DNA of 64,000 bases from Nemertoderma westbladi (lineage: Eukaryota; Animalia; Xenacoelomorpha), in NCBI GenBank assembly GCA_032718475.1, contig JAUCBJ010005017.1, positions 516 through 64,515 of the forward strand. The letters are read 5' to 3'. The notes under the pieces are model-generated. The model searched no databases. It saw only the letters and a list, made by a program, of their open reading frames with translations, and had not been told where the DNA came from. The position numbers and the translations under genes are program-made. Of the stretch, positions 38,920 through 51,215 are shown one piece after another. Positions within the stretch are counted from its first letter, which is position 1. Each line of letters opens with the position of its first letter.

Positions 38920-39265
38920 CTTAATTAAATCTTCAATTAGGTCATAATGTAGGTCCAAATTTAAAAATCGGCCTCCGTTAATCGATTTACAAATAATTCA
39001 GGTACCTCCATGCCAAATATCAGAATCATTCATTGCGTTCCCTATGACAAGATAGCTTTTTCCTAAACCATGCGAAAACACGCAAATATAGCGCTCACAT
39101 CGCACAAATACCATCTCGACACCCAATTTTTTGTATGAGCCTTCGCCATCCCTATATCTAACTTTTGTCCAAATTTTGTTTCGATTGATTAATAAATAAC
39201 TGAGATATCGCTCTGGACACACACACACACACACACACACACTAACACACACACACACACACACA
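38920..39265 (+). mobile_element. Helentron/HINE-like remnant ending in a (CA)n microsatellite
   Basis: ATGCCAAATATCAG and TGTCCAAATTTTG..GATATCG motifs followed by (CA)n at about 39217-39265. The family call rests on resemblance only. Confidence 0.4.
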
Positions 39266-39284
39266 TTACGGTAATAATGGTCAC

Positions 39285-40700
39285 CTATGTCAAGGACCGT
39301 GAACCAAAATTGGGGTACTGTCTGAGATACTTAAGGAGAGTGAAATACGCTTTATTGGCTTTGTCTGCAAGAGATTGCTGGGCAAGAGTGAAGCTACCAG
39401 ATGGGGTAAATACAATACCAAGGTAAGAGTAGGAAGAAACTACTTCCAGGGGGCTACACTTAAACAACCAGTGTTCGTTTCGACGGAGAGGCCCGCCCTT
39501 ACAAAAGACCATAACCTTGGATTTACTTAGATTAACTTTCATTCCCCAGAATGAACTATATTTAAACCCAGAATGTCCAGAGCCTTCTGGAGACCAACAG
39601 CTGTGTCGCTTAGCAACACGATATCGTCAGCATAAAGAAGAAGAAATAATTTAAAAGTCCCAAGATCAATCCCAGAAACACCTCCGCGGATCAACTCCAG
39701 CTCCAGGTCATTGATAAATAAAGAAAGAAGCAATGGGGACAATGACTCACCCTGTCTAACACCAACTAGACAAGGGAAACTCTCACTGTAGACTCCACAT
39801 CAACGGACACAACATTTAACTTCGACATACATACTCTTAATAACTTGTAGAATTCGACCAGAAAATCCAAGATTGAAAAGTTTATGCCAGAGAGCTGATC
39901 AGCTGATCTGACTAAATCGAAGGCCTTTTGAAAGTCGACGAATGTGCAGAATAATCTATTATAATTACCGGAATAAAGAAAGTGATTTATTAAAGTGCTA
40001 AAAGTAAATATGTGATCAGAAGTGCAAAAGTCTTTCCGAAAACCCCCTTGACTGTCCACTAAAATCCCAAAGCAGTCGGCCCACCATTGTATTCTGGAAT
40101 TAAGTAACCACGTGAATAACTTCCCCACCACACTCAGTAAAGAGATACCACGATAATTACTAGGGTCTAATACAGAGCCCTTCTTCTTGTAAATCGGTAC
40201 AATGATTGCCGAGCACCACTGCTTAGGGAATATTCCTAAGTACAACACTGCGTTAAAAAAGGCAGTAAGTACAGGTACAGTAATGTTGACTGCCCACACT
40301 ACGAATTCTGGTAGAATGTTATCAGGGCCAGCCGACTTGCCAGCTTTCATATTGCTTATACCTATTCGAACTTCCTCCTCTGAAAAAGTCCTCTCCTCTC
40401 GAACAGTGGATGTCTATCTGGAATGAAGTCATGACTGGAGGGTTGACTACTTTCGACGTCCTCGTCAAGATTATTAAGGGAGCGAAAGTGACCCTCAAAA
40501 GACTCGGAAGTTAGTGTGGTTGATTCAATGGGATTGCTGCTATCACTAGATTTTAGTAGTCTCCAAAACTTTTTTCAGTCCTTCGTTTTAAAATCTTGCA
40601 GTTTTTTCAAATTGTTAAGTTGAAATTCATACTAGTTGCACGTTTAATAACTCGTGAATAATCACTCCTACATTTTGATACAACTGTAGAATCGTTATAA
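39285..40700 (-). mobile_element. RTE-X-like LINE reverse transcriptase fragment (frameshifted)
   Basis: KSAGPDNI, PIYKKKGS..NYRGISLLS, QGGFRK, FVDFQKAFD, GVRQGES.SP, LLYADD, KSKVMVFCKGG, YSYLG. Confidence 0.82.
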
Positions 40701-40734
40701 TTTTTATTCAGTTAGGGGTGCACGAGGGCCTTCT

Positions 40735-43700
40735 TGTGACAGGATCCCCGAGTTGGCGAGGGAATCCCGACTGGGTTTTGTCTTGGTTTAATACGCGTCG
40801 CCGCGTCCGCTTACTGTGACTGGAGAACTGAAAGGCCGAAGGCCGGTATAATAAACTGAGTTCGGTGTTAATGTTGTTAATCTCTGATAAGTATACAAGT
40901 ACCGGTAGTATAGCACAATCAGTAACACAATGACAGCAGACAACGACGACGGTTGAAAACCGTTCCACTTCTGCTCACCCAATCTACCAACTAAAGCACA
41001 ATTGGCAGAGTAACGGTTATATATTACATGGGACACATTATCTACCTAGGTGTGGCCAACCAGTGGATGCGCTGTAATTGGACACATGCTGTCCCTCCAT
41101 TGGTCGATCTATCCCCTTGGCCAAACCTACCTTCCCCTGGCTCTATGCTAGCTTATACCCTGAGATGAGCTGCGCTGGCATCTCTCCCTGTGGCAGGCAA
41201 TGTATATTGCCTTTGTTGGGTCAACCCCGGGTCAACAAGGACCGTGTCCCTCAGTGGTACATCAGTCTGGGGTTGATAAATTGGCTACTGGAACAGAAGA
41301 CAGAGAAGAAAGAAGACCCAATAAAGATTGCTACAATGAACGCACGCACGCTGAAAGCACATACCGAACAGGGTGACATGGTCGCTCTGGCAATGGAATA
41401 TAACATCGACATCATCTGCATCCAAGAACATCGGATTTGTCATGAAGACACTGCCATGAAGTACAATGACATTGGAAATGGATGGACGTTAGTAACAAGC
41501 TCAGCAGTAAGAAACTCGGCCAATGCATCAATTGGTGGAGTAGGAATTCTGCTAAGCCCATTTGCACTTAAGACCCTAAACAACACCGAATCTATAAATT
41601 CCAGGGTTATGATCGCAACATTTGATGGGAATCCCAATGCAACAGTTATATGTTGCTACAGTCCAACCAATGCCTCAGAGCCAGAACAAGCAGTCAAGTT
41701 TTTTGAAGAACTGACTGGACTTATAAAGGACATTCCGAAACACAATGTTAAAGTCATTGCTGGTGACCTGAATGCGCAAATTGGCCCAGAAGACATCAAG
41801 GGTTACACCTATAACACCAGTTCTAACAGAAATGGGTACTTACTTTTAGACCTAATGGAAGAATGGGAATTAATACCAACAAACAACACATTCGAAAAGA
41901 GTAAGGGGAAGCTATGGACCTTTCAATACCCTAATGGAACCAAAGCACAACTGGATTACATCCTTATAAACAAAAAGTGGAGAAACAGCATGATCAACTG
42001 CGAGGCATACAGCTCGTTCAACCTAATTGGTTCGGACCACAGAATTGTGACTGCAGAGATCAGACTCAGTTTGGGAGCCAGCAAACCCAGGACAAGCAAG
42101 CAAATCAACTATGACTGGGAGAAACTCAGAACTGACAATGCTGTAAAGGATGCATACACAGTAGAAGTTCAAAACCGCTTTGAAGCACTTCAGTCAATGG
42201 ATGAAGACCAGTCCACCGATTCAATATACCAGAATATAATAACAGCCCAAAAGGAATCAGCTACGAGGCATATCCCACAGAAACCCAAACGAAAACAATA
42301 TATGCCATGGCAAAACTCTGAGGTTACTTGTAAGAGAGAAGATCTTAAGATAGCCTACAAAGTTAAAACCGAACAACCAACAACCGAAAACAATAACAAG
42401 GTTGAGAAAGCCAAGGACGATCTTAAATTGGCCTACAACATCAGCCAGGAAAGGATAAAACTGAAGCAATTACAACTGCTCACATACAGCAACAATCAAG
42501 ACTTACCTGGCAAACTGTAAATGAGGTATCTGGTCGGAAAAGTTGTGCAAAGGGGCGCCTCAAAGCCGATAGTCCTGAAGAACATGTTGGGAAGTGGAAA
42601 AATCACTTCAGCAACTTGCTTGGGCAGCCACCAAACATCGAGGTCAGCCCTACAAGGAAAATATATGACAAGACACTACCTATTGAAACAGGGGACTTCA
42701 CACCTGCCGAACTTCAAAGAAGCATTAAAAGCATGTCCAATAATAAAGCGAGTGGATTAGATGAAATCCCAGCGGAGGTATGGAAAACCGGAGTGCTAAA
42801 CAGACCATAAAGCCTATCCCCAAGAAAGGAGACCTCGGCATACCAACAAACTATCGTGGGATCTGTCAGCTTGTGGTTGCTGCCAAAATATACAATAAAA
42901 TGATTCTATATAGGATTAGGCCTCACATAGAGAAACTACTGCATAAGAGCCAAAACGGCTTTCGACCAAGTAGATCAACAATAGCGCAGATACTTGCACT
43001 ACGGAGACCGATTGAAGGAATTAAGTCGAAGAATCTCCCCGCACTCATGACTTCAAGAAGGCATTCGACTCCATCCATAGAGGCAAAATGCTTGAAATCT
43101 TAAGAGTTTATGGAATACCAGAAGTAATTGTTGCTGGCATTGGATTGATATATTGTGACACAGAAGCGCAGGTACTCTCACCAGATGGTGAAACTGAGTT
43201 TTTCTCAATCCTGGCTGGGGTACTGCAAGGTGACACATTAGCACCATTACTATTTGTAATTGTGCTGGATTACGCAATGAGGACGGCCACAAAGGGTGAA
43301 GATCTGGGATTCACACTTCAAGAACGCAGAAGTAGTAGATATCCAGCAACTACAGTCACAGACACCGACTTTGCGGATGACATCGCCCTGCTCTCTAATA
43401 TGCTAGCAGATGCACAGCTTCTACTAAATAAAGTGGAGAGGGCTGCTAAGGAGGTTGGATTGCATATAAATGCTACCAAGACCGAATTCATGACCTTTAA
43501 TGTTGATGGAAACTTGACAACCATAAGGAAGGTCGACGACTTCCAGTACCTTGGATCATGGATAGAGAGTACCAAAAAGGACATAGAAGTTAGGAAAGCA
43601 AAGGCTTGGGTAGCTTTATCAAAAATGGATACCATCTGGAAATCAGATCTCTCCAGGCACCTGAACACTAAATTCTTTCGAACCACAGTGGAAAGTGTAT

Positions 43701-44423
43701 TTTTATGCGGGGGTGAGACCTGGACACTGACTAAATCACTTGATCAACGAATTGATGGTTGCTACACAAGACTACTAAGGGCAGCCCTAAACATCAGCTG
43801 GAGACAACACATGACAAACGCCGAGCTTTATGGTACAATACCACCTGTATCAACCACCCTCCGTGAACGCAGATTAAGATTCAGCGGGCACTGCTGGCGA
43901 AGTAAAGACAAGGTCATACCAGATCTACTTCTCTGGCAACCAACTCATGGAAAGCGTAGTCGTGGATGACCAGCCATAACATATATAGATCAACTTGAAA
44001 GGGATACTGAACTTGGGAGAAACGAAATTGCAACAACTATGGAGAATCGGGAAGCCTGGAAAGATCTCATTTCCACTGTCCGAGTTCGCTCGACCTAGTA
44101 GTAGTAGTAACGGTTATATATTACATGGGACACATTATCTACCTAGGTGTGGCCAACCAGTGGATGCGCTGTAATTGGACACATGCTGTCCCTACATTGG
44201 TCGATCTATCCCCTTGGCCAAACCTACCTTCCCCTGGCTCTATGCTAGCTTCTACCCTGAGATGAGCTGCGCTGGCATCTCTCCCTGTGGCTGGCAATGT
44301 ATATTGCCTTTGTTGGTTGTTAGGTGACATTATATTTGTAATGTCACCTAATCAACTATAATTGGTAAAAGGCCACTTTCCCCATTTTCCGCTGGGTAGT
44401 GCTGTGAATTGGATCCGCTCACA
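40735..44423. mobile_element. Solo LTR (copy 1), interrupted by an RTE
   Basis: TGTGACAGGATCC...GGATCCGCTCACA, 5-bp TSD CTTCT (40730-40734, 44424-44428), homologous to 46243-46873. Confidence 0.85.
41220..44105 (+). mobile_element. RTE-clade LINE, near full length, disabled, flanked by a 211-bp duplication
   Basis: Endonuclease (ATMNART, CIQEHR, CYSPTN, GDLNA, QLDYIL, SDHR) and RT (GVLQGDTLAP, FADD, YLGS) with frameshifts; (TAG)n tail; direct repeats 41009-41219 and 44106-44316. Confidence 0.92.
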
Positions 44424-44574
44424 CTTCTGCACTAGTGTGTGTTTTTAGCAAAACTTTCTTTTTGTACTACGTAATTACAAATACTAGTCGGGTTGTCAGA
44501 GGCACTGTGATCATATTATCCTGGGGTAAATATAAAAATGTAATCCTTGGAATATATTTAGTTGCCAGTAATTC

Positions 44575-44870
44575 AAGAGTAATCACTAGAGGGAGCCCAA
44601 CGGATCCTCAGCTCATTAGAACATGATGCTTCTAGTGTTGGTATTTTTATTAACTACAAAAAGAGCAACATTTTGACAGTTAACTTTGAAAGTCCTCAGC
44701 AAGTGTCTGACCGGATGAGCATAAGCTCAAAGGATGGTATGATTGAGCATGTGGACGACTTATGTTACCTGGGATCATGGATCCGGAAGTCAGGTGAGAC
44801 CTTCGAATACGTAAGGGAAAGGCATGGGCAGCCTTGAATGGCTTTCCAGGATTTGGAAGTCACACTGAAT
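44575..44870 (+). mobile_element. Fragment of the RTE family found at 1-3430
   Basis: Diverged reverse complement of window positions about 1-230. Confidence 0.8.
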
Positions 44871-46242
44871 TCATCTTCACTAGTATTACTACTTACTGTA
44901 TTATATTCAAATGGCACTAGTAAGATCTATTATGATCAATACTATTTAATTTATGTATATAATTAATTCTAGAACGATTACAAGTAAATTACATTTAATT
45001 AATTACAAATTTGTAAATTACATTAAATGGCCGCTCGACGCGGACGCTCGCCGCTCCTGTGGTGTAGGTCTATCATGGCCTGTAGTATAATTTATGTAAC
45101 AATTCGGTAGCTAATATTCTTAAACTTGACGATTTCAGGAATGCAACAAAATTCCATACAATATAACACAATTTTCGTAAATATAAATAACACTTTTAGT
45201 ACGGAAATTATGATATATTGGATTTATTATGGTATCTAGGGGAGAAAACGGACAAATTATTTTGAAACATAGGACTATTAATGTGATTGGCGCTACCGGT
45301 CTGTTATATACACCCCCAACCTCAACCTTTTTTTAAATATTAAATAGTTCTTTTTATTTTGTGCAATGTTCTACAGTAGAACACCATAGCTATAATATTT
45401 TTTTAAAAATGGCCCTGAAGCAAGGCGTTCTAGAACTAAAAGGTCATGCAGGAGTGGAGGCTGACTGGAGGTAAACTATTTTTCATTATATCTCATAATT
45501 TATTATCACTCATTTTAGGAATACTAGGCCTATAATAAATTTTAGAAAATTATATTCTGGAAATATAATTATTATAAATTCATTATTGTGTTGTACGTGT
45601 TTTCGATAAGGTGTTCTAAACTTGTTGGTCATGACGGAGGAATATACTAGCTAATTTGAGTGTTTAAGTTACAAAGAAAAAACACACTGGAAATTTAATG
45701 TAAAATGCCAAATTAAAACATTTCTACATAAAAATGAACTTGTTAATTTTTGTTGCTCTACCCCATAAAATTGATTGCATGTTAAATATTCTATAACGTT
45801 AGCTAGTACCGGTACCAAACATTAAATATTTAGCTAAAAACTTTGCGTTATTAATATCGTTATAACATTGTTACTATAGCTACGTTGAAGAGTTGTAGAA
45901 CAAAAGAAAAATATTACATACTATTCTAGAACATAAATAAAATAAAAAATATTATATTCTAGAACATATAGCTAGTTTTTTTAATTTGAAAATAGCTAGT
46001 AAATTAAAAAAAAATTATTTAAATGAATTTCTGAATACATTTAAATTAAAATTGAAAATTGTTATATTTCTCATATATAGCTAGTTTTTTTTAATTACAA
46101 AAGCTAGTAAATTTTAAAAAAATTTATATTTAATAAATTTCTAAATACATTTAAATGAATATTGAAAATTATTTTATTTCTTAATAAATAATGAAATTTT
46201 TTATTACTACGCTTGCTACCAAACATTAATAAAAAAAAATCA

Positions 46243-46873
46243 TGTTACGGGATCCCCGAGTTGGCGAGAGAATCCCGATAGGTGTGTTTTGCTTTTGGGT
46301 AGTACGCGTCGCCACGTCCGCTGGCTCCTGAAAGGCTTGTGGTATCTGAGTTTGAAAGGCCGGAGGCCGAAATAATAACTGAGTTTTAGTGGCAGTTGTT
46401 CGTAATGTCAGAATACAATAATAGCATAATCAGAATATATTAATAGCACGGTTACTGACTACGGTCTAAACTGTCTTGCTTCCACACTCTACACAAACCA
46501 ACTGAACAACAGGTAGGCCTAATAAATGCAACGGTTATATTACTGTACTAACACATATAGAATATTGGTACTTGCTGTGTGGCCTGGTCAATAATGGATG
46601 CATCCCAATTAGATGGTGTTCTGCCCCACCATTGGCTAACCTATCCCTTCTTCCCTTGGCACTCCCTGTTCCCTTATACCCACGTGCTCGCTCCCTTCGT
46701 CCCCCTGAGATGGCCTATAGCCTCTCATCTTTCCTTGTGGCTGGCAATGTATATTGTCTTCGTTGGTTGTTAGGTGACATTATATTGCTAATGTCAACTA
46801 GCCAACTATAATTGGTAACAAGCCACTTTCCCCAATTTCCGCTGGGCAGTGCAGTGAATTGGATCCGCTCACA
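46243..46873. mobile_element. Solo LTR (copy 2, 631 bp) inside an AT-rich foldback element
   Basis: TGTTACGGGATCC...GGATCCGCTCACA, 5-bp TSD AATCA (46238-46242, 46874-46878). Flanks about 45860-46000 and 46900-47060 are inverted repeats. Confidence 0.87.
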
Positions 46874-47099
46874 AATCAGATAAGTATTTTTAATTACTTG
46901 CGATTTTAAATTTGAGAAATAACTAGCTATATGTTCTAGAACGTTATATTTTTTATATTATTTTTATTTATTATTATATTTTTATTTTTATTTATGTTCT
47001 AGAATAGTGAATAATATTTATATTTTATTCTAGAACTCTTCCATGTTGCCATGGTAACAATCATTTATGTTATAAAAATGTAGTGTTATACGGAACTGT

Positions 47100-48165
47100 T
47101 ACCTTTATTTTTGCTTTCATTCTTTAGCTACAAGAGTTTAAAAAAATGTGTCAGTCTATATTGCACCAGTCGCACTGCATGATTCTTCAACCGTAAGCCC
47201 CCCCCCCCCCCCCCCCCCCCTCACACGGACCTCGGACCTACTTTTGATTCTGTAACTTGTTTCTGAAACAAAAGTTGCTCCTTGTGAGAGCGTCAGCACT
47301 AAGTTGATATATTAGCTATTTATTTTGAAATAATAGTTATTTCCTTGAGCAACTGAGAACAAGTTACCCGCGTGTGACTGGTCCAGCAACAAGTTTCTGA
47401 AACAAGTTGCTCCGTGTGAGAGGTACCTTAGTAATTTTTTTGTAGCAATGGATAGCTGTCCGTGCAAGGATTCTCGTACTTGGTTGAGAAATGTCTGAGT
47501 TTGCTGAGTAGCTGAGCGCATTCGAATGTTGAATGTATTTATTTTGCTTCCGGTGCATGCCATTTATTGGTTGGGTGAATTCTTAGCCCGCGAGTATTCT
47601 TAGCCCGCGAGTTAGTAAAGGAGCAGGTTTCAGAGGCTTATTGGGGGAACCAAAACAATAAACGTTATTGTTTTGCGGGCTAGGAATACCCAAGGGCTAA
47701 CAGTACTCGCGGGCTAAGAATACTCGCGGGCTAAGAATACTCGCGGGCTAAGAATACTCGCGGGCTAAGAATACTCGCGGGCTAAGAATTCCTGAGACCC
47801 ATTTATTATATTAATAAATACACCATGTTCTAGAATATTTTGTTTATGTATGAATATCCATACTTGTATAGGCATTGCATTGTTGCTACTTATGAGATAA
47901 ACAAAAATGTTCCAGAATATTGTGTATTTATTAAATAGTATAAATGGCCTGCAGCGGAAGCACATACACGAATGCCCATATCTCAGCTATTTTCCAACCA
48001 AATTCAAATATTTTTGCATTATTTGGAATCCTTGCACGGTCAGCTTTCAATTGCTACCAACAAATTACTATAAGGTTGAAGAATAATTACAGTTCGCCTG
48101 GTGCAATATCGACGGAGACACTTTTTTAAACGCTTGTAGCTAAATAATGAACTCAAAAAATAACA
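47100..48165. mobile_element. Diverged MITE with long imperfect inverted arms
   Basis: 47103-47197 is inverted relative to 48070-48162, and about 47440-47568 is inverted relative to about 47940-48065. Confidence 0.55.
47569..47798. mobile_element. Mutator-like MITE with 17-bp tandem subterminal repeats
   Basis: Inverted (TACTCGCGGGCTAAGAA)n arms; 9-bp TSD CCATTTATT (47560-47568, 47799-47807). Confidence 0.7.
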
Positions 48166-48540
48166 ATTCTGGCTCACTCACTGTGGAGGGAGATGAAACT
48201 AACTATGTTTCAAATTTATTGCAATCTAAATTAGATTTGTAGAACAATTTTGGGGTGGGGGGAACATGACTGTCACTTAATTAATTATGACACTATATTC
48301 CAGGACATGGTGTATCTAATGCCCAATTACTCTGGTGTTTCTCTATTTTCCATCTATGTGGTTTTGAGAAACCCCAGCATCGTTTTAATTTTTCATGGTG
48401 AATTATCGGACATCCGCAAACATTTTTACATTTTATACCTTTTGCATAAAATTGTCAAGTGCAAAAATAAATATTAAAAGAACTGCAAAATACACAACTA
48501 ATTTACCTTTTAACCAGAAAAATTGTTATGCGATTTTGAT

Positions 48541-49755
48541 ATGGCGGCTAACAGAAGCGGCAGTCGGAAATCAGACAGTCGTCGGAGCATCATCGTAGGC
48601 GGGACGTATCAGATTAATAATAGGATAGGAAACGGAAACTTCGGCGAAGTTCGACGGGGGAAAAACATCAATAATAACACCGATGTGGCAGTTAAGATTG
48701 AATCCACGAAGGCGGATATACCTCAGCTTCATCTCGAGAATAGGTTTTACCAAATGTTGGATAAGGAAAACAAAGGAGTAATAGGGTTGCCTAAAGTATA
48801 CTTCTTCGGCGTGTGTTGTGAATGTAAAAAATGCGAACAAAAAAGCGACAAATTGTCAATTGCGTCATGCGGTGCTGAACATCAATTGTACAACGCATTG
48901 GTGATGGACCTGTTAGGACCAAATTTAGAGGAGCTGTTTGATCAATGCCACAGGAAATTTACTTTGAAAACGGTGATTATGATAGCTATTCAGCTTATTG
49001 ACCGTTTGCAATATGTTCACGATCACAAAATAGCGTTCCGAGACATAAAACCTGAGAATTTCGTCGTGGGTTCGAAAGAGGAAAGCAGTCACATTATCCA
49101 CATTATCGATTTCGGATTAGCAAAGCAGTATATCGACCCATCATCGAACAAACACATACCGTTCAAAGATCGCAAATCGTTGACAGGCACTGCGCGATAT
49201 ATGAGCATAAACACTCACCTCAAGTACGAACAGAGTCGAAGAGACGACCTAGAGGCTCTAGGACATATGCTCGTATACCTGTCGAAGGGACGGTTGCCAT
49301 GGCAGGGTCTACAGATCGGTGAAGCAAAGGCGAGGTACCAAAGGATCGGGGAAATCAAACAAGAGGTAACGATAAACAAATTGTGCGAAGATTTAGCCCC
49401 CGAATTCGGGAAGTACATAACATATGCCCGACACCTTGGTTACGACGCTGACCCCGATTACGCGTTCTTGAAGAATCTATTTGTAGATTTGGCCAATCGC
49501 AATACGTTCAAGCTAGATTGGGTGTTTGATTGGACAGGAGGAGGAGGAGCCGTGGCCCAGTTGATTCCAGAACCGCCAAACGCGAGTCTGTCGCCCATGC
49601 CGGTATCCATGGTTGCGAAAATGCGAACAGCTAGTATGAACAACTATTACAAATCGATGGCCGGTGGAATAAGCAGTTATCGGGAAGTTATACCGAATCC
49701 CGATCGTCAGTCAAAGGATATATGTGGTAGAAAGTCGCCATTAATTAATTCGTGA
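48541..49755 (+). CDS. CSNK1G: Casein kinase 1 gamma-like (gilgamesh-like) kinase, intronless, 404 aa
   Basis: IGNGNFGEV, VAVK, PQLHLE.RFY, YNALVMDLLGP.LEELF, RDIKPENF, IDFGLAK, SLTGTARYMSINTH..EQSRRDDLEALGHM, LPWQGL. The ORF is uninterrupted. Confidence 0.9.
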   Translation: MAANRSGSRKSDSRRSIIVGGTYQINNRIGNGNFGEVRRGKNINNNTDVAVKIESTKADIPQLHLENRFYQMLDKENKGVIGLPKVYFFGVCCECKKCEQKSDKLSIASCGAEHQLYNALVMDLLGPNLEELFDQCHRKFTLKTVIMIAIQLIDRLQYVHDHKIAFRDIKPENFVVGSKEESSHIIHIIDFGLAKQYIDPSSNKHIPFKDRKSLTGTARYMSINTHLKYEQSRRDDLEALGHMLVYLSKGRLPWQGLQIGEAKARYQRIGEIKQEVTINKLCEDLAPEFGKYITYARHLGYDADPDYAFLKNLFVDLANRNTFKLDWVFDWTGGGGAVAQLIPEPPNASLSPMPVSMVAKMRTASMNNYYKSMAGGISSYREVIPNPDRQSKDICGRKSPLINS

Positions 49756-49986
49756 AACTGATAATCCTATTAGTCTATTGCGGAAATTTATGGTGTCAAA
49801 AAAGATAATATATTATCCTAAAAATAATATTATTCTGGAAATCGGTTTCGAACATAAAAAAATCGTTTGGTATCACGTAAATTTTGAATTGAAGAGAAAT
49901 GTATGTGTCTTTTATACAATGTAAATAGGACAATATGATAATGCTCTCCATAGCGAAAAATATCAACCGGCCCTATTGGGGCTCGA

Positions 49987-50030
49987 ACCCGGTACCTAGG
50001 TTTCAAACTTCTGGTTATCATCAGCCGGGT
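49987..50030 (-). ncRNA. Type I hammerhead ribozyme motif (inverted copy)
   Basis: Reverse complement of the motif at 50803-50846. Confidence 0.72.
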
Positions 50031-50163
50031 GACTGTACTGAGCTACCAGACCGGATGAATATTTCGCTGTGGAGTGGGAGATCATATTTAGGCCAACTAA
50101 TCACTCAAAGGAAAGATGATAACCAGAAGTTTGAAACCTAGGTACCGGGTTCGAGCCCCAATA

Positions 50164-50485
50164 ATAATAATAATAATAATAATATATATTTATTTATATA
50201 GCGCCAAATTTACATAATATACGTACTCTAAGGCGCTGACAACACATAGTACACAGTAATTAATAGTTCGTGACTGCAATAGCAATAGTTATGAAATAAA
50301 AAATCAACTAAAATAATGTAGTAATTAAAAACCAACAATAAAAACATCATAAAATATAGTAAAAACAAACAATAAAAACGATCATCGTAAATATAGTAGC
50401 ATATAGTAAAAAACAAACAATAAAAAAACGATCAACGCAAGCATTCCAGTGCGGGTTAAATTAAAATGTAATTAATGGCATATAA
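50164..50485 (-). mobile_element. 3' end of an L2-like LINE/SINE inserted into the hammerhead array
   Basis: Minus strand AGCGCC..GGCGCT stem-loop, TATATAAATAAA and an (ATT)n tail; flanked by CCAATA at 50158-50163 and 50486-50491. Confidence 0.6.
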
Positions 50486-50802
50486 CCAATAGGGCCGGTT
50501 GATATTTTTCGCTATGGAGAGCATTATCATATTGTCCTATTTACATTGTATATTTAATACACCGCGTCACTCACCCCACAACAATTCACTTATTATTATT
50601 AATTAACAGCCTGGGCCAGGCATACGGGGTTACAGTGGTTTCTACAACACTGTAAAATAGTTATTCTTTGAGGCATGGTTGCCATTTCTGGCAGAGCACG
50701 GGAATAACGAACTTGTACTTTCCATTGAGTGATTAGTTGGCCTAAATATGATCTCCCACTCCACAGCGAAATATTCATCCGGTCTGGTAGCTCAGTACAG
50801 TC

Positions 50803-50846
50803 ACCCGGCTGATGATAACCAGAAGTTTGAAACCTAGGTACCGGGT
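50803..50846 (+). ncRNA. Type I hammerhead ribozyme motif
   Basis: ACCCGG-CTGATGA-T.AAC(CAGAA)GTT.T-GAAA-CCTAGG-TA-CCGGGT: 6-bp stem I, intact core, palindromic minimal stem III, predicted GUA cleavage after 50840. Confidence 0.75.
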
Positions 50847-51171
50847 TCGAGCCCCAATAGGGCCGGTTGATATTTTTCGCTATGGAGAGCATTATCATAT
50901 TGTCCTATTTACATTGTATATTTAATACACCGCGTCACTCACCCCACAACAATTCACTTATTATTATTAATTAACAGCCTGGGCCAGGCATACGGGATTA
51001 CAGTGGTTTCTACAACACTGTAAAATAGTTATTCTTTGAGGCATGGTTTGCCATTTCTGGCAGAGCACGGGAATAACGAACTTGTACTTTCCTTTGAGTG
51101 ATTAGTTGGCCTAAATATGATCTCCCACTCCACAGCGAAATATTCATCCGGTCTGGTAGCTCAGTACAGTC

Positions 51172-51215
51172 ACCCGGCTGATGATAACCAGAAGTTTGAA
51201 ACCTAGGTACCGGGT
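51172..51215 (+). ncRNA. Type I hammerhead ribozyme motif
   Basis: Identical to 50803-50846, 369 bp downstream. Confidence 0.75.

Noticed and set aside
40735-46873. One LTR retrotransposon bounded by the two similar LTRs
   Set aside because: Each LTR has its own distinct 5-bp TSD, they are diverged, and no gag/pol lies between them.
50778-50866. Genuine tRNA gene
   Set aside because: There is no D-loop GG or anticodon arm and the T-stem is weak; it is treated as a tRNA-like promoter of a repeat.
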